The translations under genes and the position numbers were made by a program. A stretch of DNA of 56,690 bases from an uncultured virus (IMG/VR IMGVR_UViG_3300022753_001683) (Duplodnaviria > Heunggongvirae > Uroviricota > Caudoviricetes), in the IMG/VR virus record IMGVR_UViG_3300022753_001683; one strand, written 5' to 3'. Under the pieces are notes generated by a model. It saw only the letters and a program-made list of their open reading frames with translations, had not been told where the DNA came from and searched no databases. Positions 55,543 to 56,690 of this stretch are shown piece by piece. Positions within the stretch are counted from its first letter, which is position 1. The number at the start of each line of letters is the position of its first letter.

Positions 55543-56690
55543 ATAACTATAAGCTAAATCTCACTCGCACTGAGTTTTCTCGACTCATGCGAGGCTACTC
55601 CAATCAGTCTAACAAAACCGTTGATCGACAGCTTTGGAAGCGACTGAAGGGTGCGGCAATTGAGCCTAATACCCTCGGCTATGAGGTCACATATGATCGT
55701 GAGACCAAGATCGCTTGCATTGCCGTTCATTCTCGAAGAACCTGTGGGGATCTACGGTTTACAACCAAACTTTATCCAACTCTGAAAGAGTTCATTAACT
55801 ACATCTTCTTCGAGAATCATATGGGACGACCGATTGATGTTTCTGTTCAGGGTACCAGTTCTGCGGCTTATCAAGCTAAAGACTATTCTCTGAAAACTGA
55901 TTATATGAGTAGTTCTACTCATAATACTCCTCTAAGTAATATTGCACAGGCTATCTCCAATGTGGGTAGCACCGCAAAGACTGCGGGAGATGCCATCCAG
56001 ACTTTGACTATCAACGCTAATGATTTCTATGAGAGCGTTAAGGGATCTAAGATCAGTGATCTGGCTGATCTTACTGTACAGCCTTGGAGCTATGATCTTG
56101 ATAGTAGTTCTGGAGTCCATAACTGGGGTACCATTGCTATCAGTTCTGATGTTGACTCTCTGCGCACTGAGCTTGATGGCATTAAAAAACAAATTGACAA
56201 ACTGAACGAAGAGAATAAGAAGGAGAAGAAGTCTATGTTTAATTTTGATTTTGGTAAGGTTACTTCTGATGCTGTCCGCGTTTCCATGTACGGTGTTGCT
56301 GTGAAGAATGTGGATGGTCGCTATGTTTCCTACGATAAGACCTCTCACTCCGTAATGGATGTTGAGATTCTGAATATGCCGGCCGGCGATTTCTTGTACA
56401 AGATGCCTGTGGCTATCAAGGACGTGAAGGCTGGCGACGTGGTTATCCACAACCGTGTGCCGATGTTCGTGGTTGAGACTCATGAGTCTACCATGAAGGT
56501 CATCGACATCCGCGAGGGTACCGAGAAGGAGATCTATCTGACTAAGTCTCCTTTCGGCTTCAATTTCGCTACCAAGGTTGTTTCCCTGATGGATATGACC
56601 GGCGCTAAGGCCGACGAGAGCAATCCTTTCGGTGCTATGCTGCCCTTCATGCTGATGGGTGACAACAAGGACTTTGACCCCATGATGCTG
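55539..56690 (+). CDS. Hypothetical protein (>=384 aa, runs off window)
   Basis: ATGA overlap with the previous gene; the frame is open to the window end; in-frame AAGGAG...ATG at 56235. Confidence 0.7.
   Translation, partial: MNNYKLNLTRTEFSRLMRGYSNQSNKTVDRQLWKRLKGAAIEPNTLGYEVTYDRETKIACIAVHSRRTCGDLRFTTKLYPTLKEFINYIFFENHMGRPIDVSVQGTSSAAYQAKDYSLKTDYMSSSTHNTPLSNIAQAISNVGSTAKTAGDAIQTLTINANDFYESVKGSKISDLADLTVQPWSYDLDSSSGVHNWGTIAISSDVDSLRTELDGIKKQIDKLNEENKKEKKSMFNFDFGKVTSDAVRVSMYGVAVKNVDGRYVSYDKTSHSVMDVEILNMPAGDFLYKMPVAIKDVKAGDVVIHNRVPMFVVETHESTMKVIDIREGTEKEIYLTKSPFGFNFATKVVSLMDMTGAKADESNPFGAMLPFMLMGDNKDFDPMML

Overview
This window is part of a large tailed-phage (siphovirus-like) genome, probably infecting a spore-forming Firmicute, that uses TAG as a sense codon (most likely Gln, genetic code 15). 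(1) 1-36.3 kb, minus strand: a virion morphogenesis operon with SPbeta-like gene order (sigma-like/Zn-finger protein, terminase, portal, protease/scaffold, capsid, head-tail joining, tail tube, a ~3790-aa tape measure, large tail proteins). Its fragmented ORFs fuse into intact genes when TAG is read through, and every gene I call ends in TAA or TGA. (2) 38-49 kb, mostly plus strand and GC-richer: an early/host-takeover-like cassette array with 29 near-consensus sigma70/sigmaA promoters. They drive small genes (three paralogous winged-helix proteins, AbrB/SpoVT-like, DEDDh exonuclease, HAD nucleotidase, GIY-YIG-like) and several ORF-less transcripts. One of these is a tRNA-like RNA whose anticodon arm is replaced by a GCAA tetraloop. 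A dispersed family of GC-rich hairpin elements and a CCGAYCGG palindrome cluster also lie here. (3) 49-56.7 kb: a TAG-gated winged-helix (Rep-like) gene flanked by phased TGTACA sites and a 15-bp inverted repeat, then folD and hypothetical genes. No suppressor tRNA, CRISPR array, integrase or lysis genes are visible. All protein calls are from motifs and synteny by eye, without database searches.
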